Shown: one piece after another, positions 11,211 to 24,479 of the stretch
Layout of the letters: the number at the start of each line of letters is the position of its first letter
Position numbering within the stretch: position 1 is the stretch's first letter
Source of the DNA: Squalus acanthias
Lineage: Eukaryota
DNA: 64,000 bases
Assembly (NCBI GenBank): GCA_030390025.1
Contig: CM059432.1
Span: forward strand, 144,772,001 to 144,836,000
Direction of reading: 5' to 3'
Notes under the pieces: generated by a model
Databases searched by the model: none
What the model saw: only the letters and a program-made list of their open reading frames with translations
Told to the model about the DNA's origin: nothing
Position numbers and translations under genes: made by a program

Positions 11211-14200
11211 ATTATTATTTATCGACTTTGACCAAATTAATCTTTCTGCTTTCAATGCCTCGAGGATCAGACGGGGAACAAAACACACTGAATAGCAAAC
11301 CATCTATTGCAAATACTGCTTGAAAACTATTCCCATCAGTACCAACCTCAAGGTGCAAGACACCTAAATGTACACACATTACTTGCTTCACTGCAAACAT
11401 TGACAAGATAGATACAGATTATACAGATATCATTTGCAGTCCCTGAATTCTGTTGGAACATTCCTTACAGTACAGGCAATTCTCATGTCCATAATCTGTC
11501 CTTAAATTCTAAAAAAACAAATCAGTCATGACCCGTTAATGTAATCTTATCATACTGCACTCAATAAGCCGACTGTAGAAATACAGGTTTAAAAAAATCA
11601 GGATGTGAAGGTTTCTCAATATGTGGCTGGGAGTAGACGAAACTGACATCAATCCTTCACACACCAAGTGGATTATGTATAAAATGCAATTATTTTTGTA
11701 TTGAACTTTCAAAAAAGAACTGGTATCCAGGACACATCTAGGAGAAAGTATTTAACATTCACAGTACTTGCATTTCAATTTCTTCTCCATTCATATCAAA
11801 CTGCCAGGTTTCTAAAATTTACCATACGTCTTCCTTCTATATTTCTTCTTAAAACATAACTTGTAGCAGAAGTAATGAAGGTGCTCAACAACTAAAATGA
11901 AACTCTTGCTTGTACTAATCAAATAGCATCTAAGCAGCTGGGAGCTACTTATTGCAATGTTTACTCAGGGCCACTGATTCATGCCATTCCTTTATTTCAA
12001 TGCCTCACTGCAATTTACAAAGATAGTTGTATTAAATGCATTAACACTGGGAATTGTATCATGTAAAACATTAAGACTGACTTATTTAGGAGGGAATCGG
12101 AACCTGACTTTACTCCCTTCATGTCCAAGCATTTTAAAGCAAAATTGTTGCAAGAACCATGCGTCAGTTTATTGAAAAACCAAACAAACATTTTTTTTTA
12201 AAATGCCTGTTTATGGTCATTACTTCTGGAGGTTTATAGTAAAAAGGATCACATCTACTGATTGACCAAGCATATATCTTGATGCTACTGAAATATATTC
12301 AAAGACCACAAGAAAACATACCTGTGGAATGCAGGAATATTGCAATTCTTTATATGTTCAATAATAAAATTTATAATGTACTGTAATCCTTACTTTACAC
12401 ACAAAACTGTAATTGCGCAAGCATTCAAATTTCATGGCTATAATATTTAATTTCACCAATAACATAATTGTGCAATCATTTTTGTTTACAAAAGTGCTTT
12501 ACTGCAGGCCATAACACAATAAAGATTTCAAGGAACACAAATTAAGTTTTGAGATCAAAGCCACTTTCTGAAATAAATCTTTACAAATGCTCCAAATTAA
12601 AATGTGAAAATGGCCCAAGATGGAAGACAAGATGCCTGTTAGGGCAGTTTCTCTGGCCACCGTTCTGAGAGGTGTACAAAGAGCATACCAAGAGAAGGGA
12701 CTGAAGGAGACTTTCCACACGCAGGATTTAACACTTCCAACATCCGGCTTTCCTCGGATTTTGTTTGCAGCATGCAAGGGCAGGGTGGAATAAAACACAA
12801 CTCTTTGAACTTGTGACCACACACACATACCCTCATAAAGCAGGATTTCTTATGTTTCTTTGTCGGGATATCACTGTATTTACAGCAGTTTCAAAGAATA
12901 AGCATATGAAGTGAAGAACTGGCTTGAAAAGTTATCCATGTTGGTCCCAATTCCCATTCATGTTCAACAGTTAAAGGATTTAAAAAAAAATCTGTGTGAA
13001 ACAGCACTGAAATATTAGTAAAAGCACAAGCAGCTGTTGTAGGGATGCCTGAATAGCATGTGTGTTAGCGATCTCCCCAAAAGGCCCGTGGGCTGTGGGG
13101 ACTGGGCCAGATGATGAAAAGTATGGAATCAGATTATGGGGATAGACCTGGGACATTTGCCAGGAAATAGTGATGGAGCGCCAGGAATAACAAAATCAAA
13201 GTTGAGGTTTAAGACACTGAAAGTAAACAGGAAAATCTTATCCAAAAACACTTAGCAGAACTCCTATGTAAACTCGTCATGCTGTAATTACACCCTCTGG
13301 CCAATGGCGATGCTGTAGCACCTCCCATTTCTGCAGCCTGTACCGCAGAGGCAGTCCAAATATTCCCTGCCCGCTCACCCCTGCTTCACCTAAAGACAAT
13401 ACTTGGTCTTAAATCTTCGTGTGAGGGAGGGAAGGAGGAGTGAGGGAGAGAGTGAATGAATGAGTTATCTATTGATTTATTACAGATAAAGTGAATGTGG
13501 ACTGGTGCTTCTCCAATTTATTCAAGTCATTCCTTGTTGTACATTCAGGTTACTATATTTTTAAAATGTTATTAAGGCTTCCACAAACATTCACTTAGGT
13601 GCATTTCACTGCTCTAACGACTAAACAAGGAAAGACTGTCATTAGCTCCTTTAATACAGCGCTTATGATCTAGCACTCTGAAAGCACTTGATGTATCGAA
13701 AGTAAATGAGATAGTAACTAAAAGTTGACATGTTTGCGACTGTTTCGGTTTAGGGCAATTTACTACCAAATTGCTCTAGTGATGACAGACAATGCCTTTT
13801 CCCTATTGTTTTGTGGGATAATAATTGCAGTGTCAAATGTAATCTGGAAAAAAAGGCACAATTCAGAGGGTTAGTATTGCTGCACAATCGAACCCGTCAA
13901 CACTGCAGGGGTGCTTGGGACCCCACTGGATGTTGTGCAACTTCCATTTTCTGGGAATTATTTATGGACATATGAAATGACCATCAATGCACCCCTATCC
14001 ATGGGCAATTCAACCTGTGCACAGCCACTCCTAGCTACTAGTAATGCTCAATGCTAGGAGGCAAAAAACTTCTGGCTAATTTGAGGTTAAACGAAGAAAT
14101 TTCTCCGCAGCTCCACATGGCAAATCAAGCAAGCTCCAAGAGACCATGGTTACCCACGGTAATACATCACTACACAAGCTTAACACTTTCAAATCCAATA

Positions 14201-14298
14201 TTGTCCTCCCTCAGAAACTTGTGAATTCCCTTTCACCAATGTTGAGGTTTTCCAGGTGCTGTGGTGAAACTGTGGCTGGATTCAAAGTAAAGCTGAAT

Positions 14299-14343
<45 letters not shown>

Positions 14344-14346
14344 CAG

Positions 14347-14387
<41 letters not shown>

Positions 14388-14390
14388 CAG

Positions 14391-14439
<49 letters not shown>

Positions 14440-14446
14440 CAGACAT
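14299..14446 (+). repeat. Compound (CA)n microsatellite with three GTCAGAC interruptions
   Basis: Three blocks of (CA)n followed by GTCAGACA(C/T)GC. Confidence 0.98.
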
Positions 14447-14679
14447 GCACAGCTACGAACCCAAATAGCATATAGAGGAGGCTATTTCAACAGCACTCCC
14501 CGAGACTTTCACTACATTTGTGGAATTAGACCCTGGCCAAATTTAGTGCCGTTCTGCTTCTGAGAGCACAAGATAAACAAAGCATGAAACTTCCATCCCT
14601 TTTATCTGGGCTGGCTTCAAACAGAAGTGAAACAGTGACAACACCCAGTCCCTTGTCATTTAATTCATTCCCTCATTCA

Positions 14680-15130
14680 ATAGTGTCTCAATGGTAGCTC
14701 TCTCACTTCTGAGTCAGAAGGTTCTGAGCTCAAGCTCCACTCCAGACAATTGAGCACATAATTTAAGCCGACACTTCAATGCAGCACTGAGGGACTGCTG
14801 CATTGTCAGAGGTACCATCTTTCTTATGAGACGTTAAACCCTGGCCCCGACTGCCTGTTCTGGTGGACGTAAAAGGTTAGAGAGCACTATTCAAACAAGA
14901 GCTGGGGAATTGTCCTAGCCAACCATTTATCCCCCAGCCAACATCGTTAAAACAGTTTATCTGGACATTTATCTCATTGCTGTTTGAGGGGTCTTGCTGT
15001 GCGCAAATTGGCTGCCGCATTTCCCAACATTGCACCTGTGACTACACATCAAAAGTACTTCATTGTCACAAAGTGCTTCACAGCCATTGAGGTTGTTAAA
15101 GGTGCTACATAAACACATGCTCTTTCTTCC
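14680..15130 (+). mobile_element. DeuSINE (SacSINE1-like), older copy
   Basis: Degenerate tRNA-like head, then CATTGCTGTTTG..CTTGCTGTGCGCAAATTGGCTGCC body and tail. Confidence 0.82.
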
Positions 15131-15929
15131 TTAAGTCACCTGTATCTCCGAGTCTTGATTTTACATGTTTTAATCTTCTTCAGCTTTGTTTACAGTCCCT
15201 TCCCAGTAACTAAAAAGTCTACCATTTGTTGAGCCTGCATTATTTTCAAATCCCCAATGAGAAGCTTTTCTTCTCCGCTTCATAATAGTCTGTGCTCGTA
15301 TTTTCAAGATGATGCACACCATTACCTACAAACCATTGTTTTCCGGAGTTCAACAGGTCTGGTGTCTTTCAGCTGTCCCGGAGCCTCACTATATTTGGCT
15401 ATTTAACTGTCCCCTCCCCCACAGTTCCTCACATTAAGCTCCAGCAGCATAACTCAGGCAAGTGATGGAAAGAGTACGGAGCCCTGGAGCACATTCAAAT
15501 ACCAGGCATCAGTCTGACTTTGGTTTAGGTACCGCAAACAGAAAAATAATCAGTAAAGTGGTTCCTTAGTACAAACAGTGATTGGCGTCTGACCCTGGAC
15601 CTTATGACAATAAATCGGGTTTGCAGCCGCTAATCTTCTATCTCCAGCTTCCAGATTTAAACTAGATTTTTCTTCTATGTTTTACATACCAACTTTCATG
15701 AAATTAATATATCACTTAGGATTTTCAATTCCTCCATTCTCATATCATATGAAACTGGCAGCGCATCAATGGGAAATACCACAATCGTTTACATTCGGTA
15801 AGTGAACCCTATCACAACTCAGCATAAGAAGTCACATAAATATTGAAACAGCTCAACGTTTCCACATTCCACAGCCGGCCACCAAAACAGCATGAAAGTG
15901 CCATGATTATAGTAAATCTTGGATTCAAT

Positions 15930-16764
15930 GGGCTGGATTTTCAATGACCCGTGGAGTCGGGTTTGGAGGCGTGTGGGGGGGGTTAAAGTTGCAGATTCGG
16001 GGGTCCCGACCCCACCCCACCTCCATGCCAGTTTCGCTGGCGGCGGGTACCTGACCTGTGCTGAGACCCGACTCCCTGAGGCGGGAAAGGATTAGTGACA
16101 ATTAACTGCCTGTTAACAGGTAGTTAACAGGCAGTTTTTTGCATAATCCCTATTTTAAACGGTGAAATGTGGGCTTCCCGACAGGTGGCAACCACGCCAA
16201 GTTATCGGGGCGGACCGTGGGTCTGCAGGGGTTGGAGGGGTCGATATGTCCGGTGGGCAGGTGAGTGATGGGTGCATGTGTGCAGAGGTAAGTGTGTAAG
16301 GTAAGTGCTAAGTGTTGGAAAAAGTTTTACTTACCTTAACTTCCTCCTGCAGGTGTCAGCCCTTCAGTTCTCGGGAGTCAGAAATCTTACCGGCACAGAA
16401 AGCAGAAAAGCCGTGGACCTGTCAAAAACTGCAGCCTTCTGTTTTCTGAGCTGGAATGATTTCTAACTCAGCCTGAGAGGAAGGACTGAAGTTAGAAATC
16501 ATATTGTCAGTGTTTGACAGCTTCACAGGGCTGTCAAACACTGATATTTCATCTGTCAAAAGCTCTTGACAGATGAAATGTCAATCTGTGACATCACCTG
16601 TTGCCGGGTGGCCCTTAATTGGCCTGCTGAGCCCACTGGGCGGGCTCAACAAGGTCAATCAAGAGAAAATACAGTCGGTTGGCCACATCTCGATGGAGGC
16701 GGGTTTACAAGCCAAAATGTGTGATTCATGACCCCAACCCGACCCCAGTTTCAAAATCCAGCCC
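15930..16764 (+). mobile_element. PIF/Harbinger-like MITE, copy 1
   Basis: Perfect 12-bp TIR GGGCTGGATTTT/AAAATCCAGCCC. 3-bp TSD AAT at 15927-15929 and 16765-16767. Homologous to 17828-18633 and 61650-62482. Confidence 0.88.
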
Positions 16765-16954
16765 AATGAATCCAGTCAACAGTGAGAAACATCACGGCAC
16801 CTCAAGTAACCCTATTCAGTGGCTCCAAGGGTCACTGGTACAATCCCGTGTGGCATTGGTCATTAAACATACATTGCAAAATCACAACATAAAAATAGTG
16901 TATCTCACACTGATCAAAATATTAATGATAATTATTTAAAAATGAGCAGGCCAT

Positions 16955-17300
16955 AACAGCAACACCGTGCATCTATAAAGCACCTTTAATGTGGAAAATA
17001 TCACAAGGTGTGATCAAAAAGATGGACGCCAAGCCAAAGGAGGAGATATTAGATGGGGTGACCAAAAGTTTGATCAAAGAGGTGGATTTTAAAGGAGGAG
17101 AGGGAGGTGGAGAGGTTCCAGTTCATGAGGCCTAGGCAGGTGAAAGTACAGTTGCCAATGGAGGGGCAGGGGGGTGGGGTTGGGGGTGGAATGCGCAAGG
17201 CAGGCGTTGGAGGAAAGGGGATTTTGTGTGGGGTGTGGGTGGTAAACAGATAGGTAGAGGCGAGGGCATGGAGAGACAGTTTTAAATAGAATATGAATGA
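16955..17300 (-). mobile_element. L2 LINE 3' fragment
   Basis: Shares AGGAGATATTAG..GTCAAAGAGGT 3' motifs with 8985-9300 and 37495-37870. Confidence 0.7.
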
Positions 17301-17719
17301 GTGATGAGTGCAAAGTTGAAGTCTAAAGCTCTGTGGTAGGATGGAGTTGACTTATAGACAGTGTGGAGTCAATTTGAAATGTCCACAAACCAATGTCCAC
17401 ATTCAGAGTCAGTTATGGAGGGTACTGGATCCAGAAGCTGTTTGAGGAGCAGAGTATCTGAGTGGAAATTAAAAGTTGTAATTTATTTTATTTATAGTCA
17501 ACTCACTTCACACAAACATTTTGAAAGTGAAATGAAGCAGAGTGTGGCCAACCCCCTGTGGCATTGCACATGGGGAGTCAGGACTGAGCATGCTCTTTAG
17601 CTGAAGTGAAGGTGCGCACATTAATACAGTCACCATTTTAAAGCCATACATTCTGTCATTATAAATTCCAGTATCCACGTTGATGATGGAAACTGCCTAT
17701 GTAAACTTGTTACACTCTA

Positions 17720-18800
17720 ATACAAAAGCAAAATACTGCAGATGCTGGAAATCTGAAATAAAAACAGGAAATGCTGAAAACACTCAGCAGGTCAGGCAAC
17801 ATCTGTGGAGAGAGAAACAGAGTTAATGGGCGCGATCTTGCCGGCCCTGGGGAGGCGGGTATGGAGGCGGGACTGCCGGGAAAATGGCAGAATCTAGGGA
17901 CGGTTGCCCAACCCGCCCCCAACTCACCTCCGTGCCATCTTGCCAGGAGGCGGGTAGCTGACCCACGCCGGGTCCCGTCTCCTTGGAGGCGGGAAGGGGA
18001 TTAGTGCCACTTATCTGCCTGTTAACAGGTAGTTAACAGGCAGGCAAGAGGATTATCCCCATTTTGTCTACACAAGTGTGGGCTTCCCGAAGGCTCCGAA
18101 CTCCACCAGGGTCACCGAGGCGAGCAGTGGGTCTCTGCGGGGGTCAGAGGGATGCAAAAGTGCGCTGTGGAGGTAAGTGATGGGTGCAAGTGTGGAGAGG
18201 TGAGTATGTGAGGTAAGTGGAAAGTGTTAGTAAAAGTTTACTTACCTTTGTTTCTTCCTGCAGGCTTCAAGAGTTGGGTATGCGGAGAGTCTCGCACCTC
18301 CGCGGCAGAGATGACGGATAGCTGCTGCATTCTCCAATTTCTGCTAAATAAAGAGGTTTGATGAGTCTTGATTCAAGAACTCATCAAACTACAGAGAATG
18401 TCAGTGTTTGACAGCTTCACAGAGCTGTCAAACGATGACAATTCATCTGTCAAAAATTGACGTTCTCTGTAACCGGCTTCCCCTTAATTGGCCTGCTAAG
18501 CCCGCTGGGTGGGCTTAACAAGGTCAATCAAGGGAAAATAGCGTGGGTTGGCCAGAAGTTGATGGAGGCGGAACTGAAACCCGACAAGTGGGAGCCCCGC
18601 CTCCAAAAGCTCCCCATTGGCAAAATCCAGCCTGATGTTTCAGGTCGATGACCTTTTGTCAGAACTGGAAAAAATAAGAGATGTAACAGATTTTAAGCAA
18701 GTGCAGGGGCAGGGAAAGGGGGGAGGAGAGGAAAGAACAAAAGGGAAGGTCTGTGATAAGGTGGAAGGCAGGAGTGATTAAACGACAAAAGGTATGATTG
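17720..18800 (-). mobile_element. Penelope-like terminal repeat fragment split by a Harbinger-like MITE
   Basis: 17720-17827 plus 18634-18800 align with 43515-43750 (AAATACTGCAGATGCTGGAAATCTGAAAT..GAGAGAAACAGAGTTAA|GTTTCAGGTC). Confidence 0.85.
17828..18633 (+). mobile_element. PIF/Harbinger-like MITE, copy 2
   Basis: Imperfect TIR GGGCGCGATCTTGCC/GGCAAAATCCAGCCT. Flanks AAT/GAT. Interior colinear with copy 1. Confidence 0.85.
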
Positions 18801-20265
18801 TATAATTTCTGTCGCATTCTAACTTGTTCTCACGTGGGTACGGTAGTGCACTGGTTGTGTTACTCGACTAGTAATCCAGAGATCTGGACTAATAATCCAG
18901 AGAATGTGACTTTGAAATTAATAATAGAAAAGTTGACAGAAAGCGCGTGCACATGTAATATTTTTAATCTATTATATAGATGGAGCTAATCACTGCAGAC
19001 CGAATTTAAGTCACACTCGCACATCATTTACTATAGTATTTTCAGCAAAACCTAACTCTGCACTGACAAAGAATACACTGACACCACATCTAGTCCATTT
19101 GCAAGATCTGACAGTAACAGAACTTCCCACCACACACAAAAGATGGATATTTGGTCAGAATGACAAGCAATAAATAGAGATATGTCACACTGTTCAAAAT
19201 TATCCATTCAAGCGGGAATCTCCACCTGGAGGTCCATTTTATGAAAGAAAATATACAACACATTGTGATCAGTTTTAACATCCATTTAATTTTTAAAAAA
19301 CTTCTCTCAGAAGTAGCCAGCACTTTTGTATATTTTATAAAGTTTCTGGCACTTGCTTTCGCATGACAGTTGCCTCAATCTTATCCAACTGTTTCCTTCT
19401 GAAGCTGACTTGCTGATTGCTCTCGCACTTCAGTTTCTCAGTAACACCTTTCTTGTCCTATCAGCGCTATTTCCTGATCCTATATGTTTAGAATCATTCA
19501 CTACAAATCCCATTTCAGATCCTGATTTACGCAGACTGACCTCTACCATTGGATCAGCAGCCCAGAGGGGAGTGGTGGGAGAAACAGTCATCTAAATGTG
19601 CGATACCAAGCGTGAAATGGCCATACAAGAGACCAATAAATAAAACAAAGAAAACCCAGCAAAATAAAACAGATACAAATGTATTTTTCAGCTACTAACC
19701 CACATAACGGCTGATCTTTCCAATTCTCATCTGTTATTTTACTGAAGTCAGACTTTTGCCGAGTCCCATGAGCCGAGCTAAGCACAACCCATCGCTGAGC
19801 AAAGTCGCCAGATGGTTTCATTTTAAACCTTCAAAGCTGCAAAAATGTTAAATGCGATGAGGGATATGCTGCAGAAGTACTCAGCATTGCTTGCAAGTAA
19901 ATCAGAATGGTTGTGCAACAATAAAATTCAGATATTGTGTTTAAAATAGGAAAAGAACTAAGGCTTTTCTGAATGGATTATAATTTTTCTCGTCACCTTG
20001 GACAAAATTATTTTGAGTCACAAAGAGCTGCTGTTTCAAGTTTAGAATTCAAAGCCCAAGTACTCGTTTGTTTTGCGATAACAGGACTGGGCCTGCTTGT
20101 CCTCTGATTGCACTTGGCATATCGGATCAGCTGGGTGCAGCGTATGTGGGTAAAATGGGTGTAATGGGTCAGTGGGATCAGTCATGGGCGTGCGATTCTC
20201 TCTGCCCGACTTTCATTGATACGCAAATGGAAAACTATCACTAAGTTACCTCTTGTAGAATCAAT

Positions 20266-22816
20266 CAACATTGACTCCGGACCCCATGAAGTCTCATGGC
20301 ATCAGGTCAAAAATGGGTAAGGATTGTAATCCTGCTGATTACCACCTACCGCCATCCCTCAGCTGATGAATCAGTTTTCCTCCATGTTGAACACTTGGAA
20401 GAAGCATTGAGTGTATCAAGGGCACAGAATGTACTCTGGGTGGGGTCTTCAATGTCCACCACCAAGAGTGGCTCGGTAGCACCACTACTGACCGAGCTGG
20501 CTGAGTCCTGCGGCAGGTGGTGAGAGAACCAGCACAAGGGAAAAACCCTACTTGATGTTGTCCTCACCAATCTACCTGTCGCAGATGCATGGCAGTATTG
20601 GTTGGAGTGACCACCACACAGTCCTTGTGAAGACTAAGTCCTGTCTTCACACAGAGGACACCCTCCATCGTGTTGTGTGGTACTACCACTGTGCTAAATG
20701 GGATAGATTCAGAATAGATCTAGCAGCTCAAAACTGGTCATCATGAGGCGCTGTGCGCCTTCAGCAGCAGCAGAATTGTGTCCTACCACAACCTCATGGC
20801 CCGGCAAATCCCTCAATCTACCATTGCCATCAAGCCAGGCGACCAACCCTGGTTCAATGAGGAGCGTGGAAGAGCATGCCAGGAGCAGCACCAGGCGTAC
20901 CTGAAAATATGAGGTGCCAACCTGATGAAGCTACAACACAGGACTACACGCATGCTATACAGCAGAAGCAGCATGCTATAGACAGAGCTAAGCGATCCCA
21001 CAACCAACAGATCAGATCAAAGCTCTGCAGTCCTGCCACATCCAGTCGTGAATGGTAGTGGACCATTAAACAACTGATGGGAGGATGAGGCTCTATGAAC
21101 ATCCCCATCCTCAACGATGGTGGAGCCCAGCACCTGAGTGCAAAAGTCAAGGCTGAAGTGTTTGCAACCACCTTCAGCCATAAGTGCCGAGAGGATGATG
21201 CATCTCGGCCAATTCGATTCACTCCACATGATATCAAGTAATGGCTGAGCATACTGGATACAGAAAAGGCCATGGGCCCCAACATCATCCTGGCTGTAGT
21301 GCTGAAGACTTGTGCTCCAGAACTAGCCATGCCTCTAGTCAAGCTGTTCCAGTACAGCTACAACACTGGCATCTACCCAACAAAGTGGAAAATTGCCCAG
21401 GTATGTTCTGTCCACAAAAAGCAAGACAAATCCAATCCAGTCAATTATCACCACATCAGTCTACTCTCAATCGTCAGCAAAGTAATGGAAGGTGTCGTCG
21501 ACAGTGCTATCAAGCGGCACTTACTTACCAATAACCTGCTCACAGACGCTCAGTTTGGGTTCCACCGGGACCACTTGGCTCCAGACCTCATTACAGCCTA
21601 CGTCCAAACATGGACATAAGAACTGAATTCCAGAGGTGAGGTGAGAGTGACTGCTCTTGACATCAAGGCAGCATTTGACCGAGTGTGGCACCAAGGAACC
21701 CTAGTAAAACTGAAGTCAATGAGAATCGGGGGGAAAACACTCCACTGGCTGGAGTCATACCTAGCACAAATGAAGATGGTTGTGGTTGTTGGAGGTCAAT
21801 CATCTCAGCCCCAGGACACCACTGCAGGTGTTCCTCAGGGCAGTGTCCTAGGCCCAACCATCTTCAGCGGTTTCATCAATGACCTTCCCTCCATCATAAG
21901 GTCAATAGTGGGAATGTTTGCTGATGATTGCAGTGTTAGTTCCATTCGCAATTCCTCAGATAATGAAGCAGTCTATGCCCGCATGTAGCAAGACCTGCAC
22001 AACATCCAGGCTTGGGCTGATGGTAGCAAGTAACATTCACACTACATAAGTGCCAGGCAATGACCATCTCCAACAAGAGACAGTCTAACCACCTCCCCTT
22101 GACATTCAATGGCAGTACCATCGTCAAATCCCCCTACCATCAATATCCTGGGAGTCATCATTGACCAGAAACTTAACTAGATCAGCCACATAAATACTGT
22201 GGCTACAAGAGCATGTTAGAGGCTAGGTATTCTGCAACAAGCGACTCACCTCCTGACTCCCCAGAGCCTTTTCACCATGTACAAGGCACAAGTCAGGAGT
22301 GTGACGGAATACTCTCCATTTGCCTGGATGAGTGCAGCTCCAACAACACTCAAGAAGATCGACACCATCCAGGACAAAGCAGCCCTCTTGATTGGCACCC
22401 CATCCAATGCCTTAAACATTCACTCCCTCCACCTCCGGCGCACCGTGGTTGCAGTGTGTACCATCTACAAGATGCACTGCAGCAACTCGCCAAGGTTTCT
22501 GCGACAGCACCTTCCAAACCCACGACCTGTACCAACTAGAAGGACAAAGGCAGCAGGCGCATGGGAACACCCCCACCTCCATGTTCATTTCCAAGTCACA
22601 CACCATCCTCACTTGGAAATATATTGCTGTTCCTTCATCGTTGCTGGGTCAAAATCCTGGCACTCCCTCCCTAACAGCACTGCGGGAGTACCTTCAACCA
22701 CACGAACTGCAGCGGTTCAAGGTGGTGGCTCACCACCACCTTCTCAAGGGGCAATTAGGGATGGGCAATAAATGCTGGACTTGCCAACGACGCCCACATT
22801 CAGTGAATGAATAAAA
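20266..22816 (+). mobile_element. Non-LTR retrotransposon (CR1/Jockey group, distinct from the HER1-like family), decayed ORF2
   Basis: [43 protein letters not shown] and YKAQVRS motifs, with stops and frameshifts. Ends in an A-rich tail. Confidence 0.92.
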
Positions 22817-24124
22817 AGAAAATCAGTGTTTGTGTTGATGTGTAATTAAATGCACTCGCATCAATTCATTTTTGCATTAATTTCCTAAGTTTATGACTAC
22901 AAGCCAGCCAGTCCCACTTGGAAAATTTGATATTCACTTAGTTATGTTCCATTGGGTTAGACAAAAATTAAAATAATTTGCACATAACCATATTTGTATG
23001 TAATTTGGCTGCCCAAAATTACTCTCGGATCAGGATTTTAGGAAGACCCACACATATCAGAGTAACAGTCAAATAGCCTTGGAAGGTTAGGAATTTGTTG
23101 GTCTCTCTCGGGTAATAATTTGTTCCTCACTTGGTGATGTATTATGCAAATCTGGCTGATCTATTGCACGCATCAGGATCCCAGTGTGCCTTGTGTTAAT
23201 ATAGATGAAACCATCACTCTTGGTGAAATAATTTCTTTCTCTTGACAGGTTAAAGATTTTTTTTTTTAATTTCCTTTCCAGTTCATAGTTCTTTGAGGAG
23301 AGAATTATTGATATTGTATTCAGCACTGATATTGTATTCAGTATCAGTTGCTCATATTTCAAAATGACAAATGTCCAGTGAATAATAAAAATGCCTAGAG
23401 AGCCATTCCTTACTCCTAGGTTTTCATTCTTATTATCTGAAAAGGCACCAAAGGCTCTTTCAGAAAGGAGGCTAGAATTACATTTTGTTGGGCTCTGTAC
23501 TTTCAAAACTATCTAGACAGTGGAATTTACAAGCATTCAAATCCTTCTATTGTAAGGAGTATAATTACCTGCTACTTTCATGGTAGTCCCCTGAGAGAGT
23601 GATTTTCCCCCCTTTGTTGTGGTAGACGATTATATAACAAATCAATGTTAATGGCTTTTTAAAAAATAACAGAATGGGGTGTCACGTATAGCCGTTACAA
23701 TTACCAGTGTTCAATCACATGTATTCAAAACCCCGCACATAAAGGCCAGCATAAAAGAAATAATTACCCTGGACAAGATTAAACAGGAAGACTGATAATG
23801 CTACTAAGAGAACCTTTCAAACTTTCAGACAACATAAAGCTAATTCATATTTTTCCTATCATCACTGAGACAAGGAGATAAGACTATCATTTCCTTCTAA
23901 TGATCCAAGTAAATAGTTTTATTGTGCTAGTGGATAATTACCAGCATTATAGCTATCTATAAGTTCCCAACATCTATAGCTATCTGTCAAAATAGTTATG
24001 TAAATACTATGCATGTCCGGAAGGAATTAAACCTTGAGGGAGGCCTAGCCAGTTAATTGAAACAAAAGTATAGCACAGCATTGCATAAATTATTTTATAC
24101 TCTACAGTTTCGCTGAGATTTATT

Positions 24125-24273
24125 TCCCTACCAAACACCATTGTGGAAGCAGCATCACCCTAAAGACTGCAGCAGTTCAAGAAGAAAGCTCGCCAATACC
24201 TGGTCAGGGTAACTCGGGATGGGCAACACACGTGGCCTTGCCAGTGTCACTCATAGCCTGCATTAAAAAAAAA
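24125..24273 (+). mobile_element. 3' tail fragment of the second LINE family
   Basis: Similar to 22670-22816 and ends in an A run. Confidence 0.7.
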
Positions 24274-24479
24274 TGTACAAAAACTAGAGTATTGCTGTTA
24301 GAAGGGAGGAGCCGTTTTTAAAAGTTAACGTATCTCACAAAGAAATATATTTTCCAGTGGGCTTTTCTTGAATGTATATTTTTCCAAAAACATTAATGCA
24401 GAAAAAAAATTTGAATCAAAAAATTCAGGGGTGTGTGGTACAGTGCTCTATAAATCAAGTAGCTGCCACCTTGAGTCCC

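Noticed and set aside
15223..15325. Possible next BBS9 exon on the minus strand (tgtag|GTAATGGTG..AATG|gtagac)
   Set aside because: Translation does not resemble the expected VIALADAVEE-type sequence and the splice signals are weak. The next canonical exon was not found in 1-27865.
16331..16340. U12-type branch point (CCTTAAC) in MITE copy 1
   Set aside because: Not conserved in copies 2 and 3, and no U12-type donor upstream.
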